Positions 63,276 to 64,000 of a DNA stretch of 64,000 nucleotides are shown here, one piece after another. A program made the translations under genes and the position numbers. Location of the stretch: the NCBI GenBank assembly GCA_002269645.1, contig NIVC01002307.1, positions 1 through 64,000 of the forward strand, read 5' to 3'. How positions within the stretch are numbered: the first letter of the stretch is position 1; the number at the start of each line of letters is the position of its first letter. Source of the DNA: Macrostomum lignano (Eukaryota). Under the pieces are notes generated by a model that saw nothing but the letters and a program-made list of their open reading frames with translations, was not told the DNA's origin and did no database searches.

Positions 63276-64000
63276 CGCATCTTTGACAGTGTTAATTAAT
63301 TGAATCGAGTTTGTGACTTCCAATCTTCCTCATTTGGGCTGAAATTTTTCATTGAGTTTTTAGTTCAACACCCATTTTCCATTCATGGTCGGAGCTGTTT
63401 CTGTAGCAGTTCCGATATTATGCTCGTGCAAGTAACTACTTGATCTGTATCAATAATGCTAGCGTATACACATATTGTGAGCTTTATCTCATAAAAATGG
63501 CAGCTATACTGCATAATGCTAGCAACAAAATAACACTGGGTTATCTTGTCGAGTCTTCATTCAAAACGACCATTTTAGCTGAACAGTTTGAAAATGTAGC
63601 TAGCGTTACAGCAAAGCTACATTCACTACATTTTGTATGTAACATTGTTTAAGTGGCTAATAGTAGACTTCTTAGTTATAGTCCTTGGTAACCCTCGATT
63701 GCATTTTCTGTTCGATGTAGAGACACCACCGTTTCAAAAAGTTACTTTCAATGAGTTGATTCAGTCTACAAATGCTTTAATCCAAAAATGCTTTTTTCGT
63801 TACTTGATTTCTCGTGTAAAACCATTGTAAAACTTGATTTCTTGTGTAAAACCATTGACCATTAACCCGATCGCAGCCAGGTTTCCCATGGAAAAAACGG
63901 GGTACAGAGTCCTTGAATCTTCGACTGACGCGGCTAATACATATTAACTTTGCCTTTAATTGAGTTTATTTTATCCATTATTTATCCTGACCTAAATCTT

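Noticed and set aside
63862-64000. TTAACCC... possible piggyBac left end
   Set aside because: Only a 7-bp signature; a partner end cannot be seen in the window.

Overview
Eukaryotic, intron-rich genomic DNA. It is most likely from a free-living flatworm such as Macrostomum; this is inferred from short introns, dense minisatellites and poly-Q TFs and was not verified. The left part (1-27 kb) is gene-dense. It holds a giant apolipophorin/apoB-like lipid transfer gene (- strand, 8 exons, runs off the window start; its 3-kb exon is missing from the ORF track), an intronless FAM78 homolog, a 1.6-kb foldback element, a tandem double SCP-type EF-hand gene, an AT-rich piggyBac fossil and a 5-exon SNX29 (RUN-coiled coil-PX) whose every intron carries a different minisatellite. 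The right part (30-64 kb) is a regulatory-type landscape with three co-oriented TF units: two ERG/FLI-class ETS-domain exons and a SoxF-like gene, interspersed with satellites, a hAT MITE, a SINE and an inverted LINE fragment. Best leads: (1) the two ETS exons may be alternative 3' ends of one locus; (2) a hidden + strand multi-exon, F-box-like gene that would nest FAM78 and have the foldback inserted in a splice donor; (3) a non-L1 LINE with a twin-priming-type inversion; (4) a minisatellite built from a SINE A-box. All exon models were read by eye from GT-AG sites and phase; no database searches were run.
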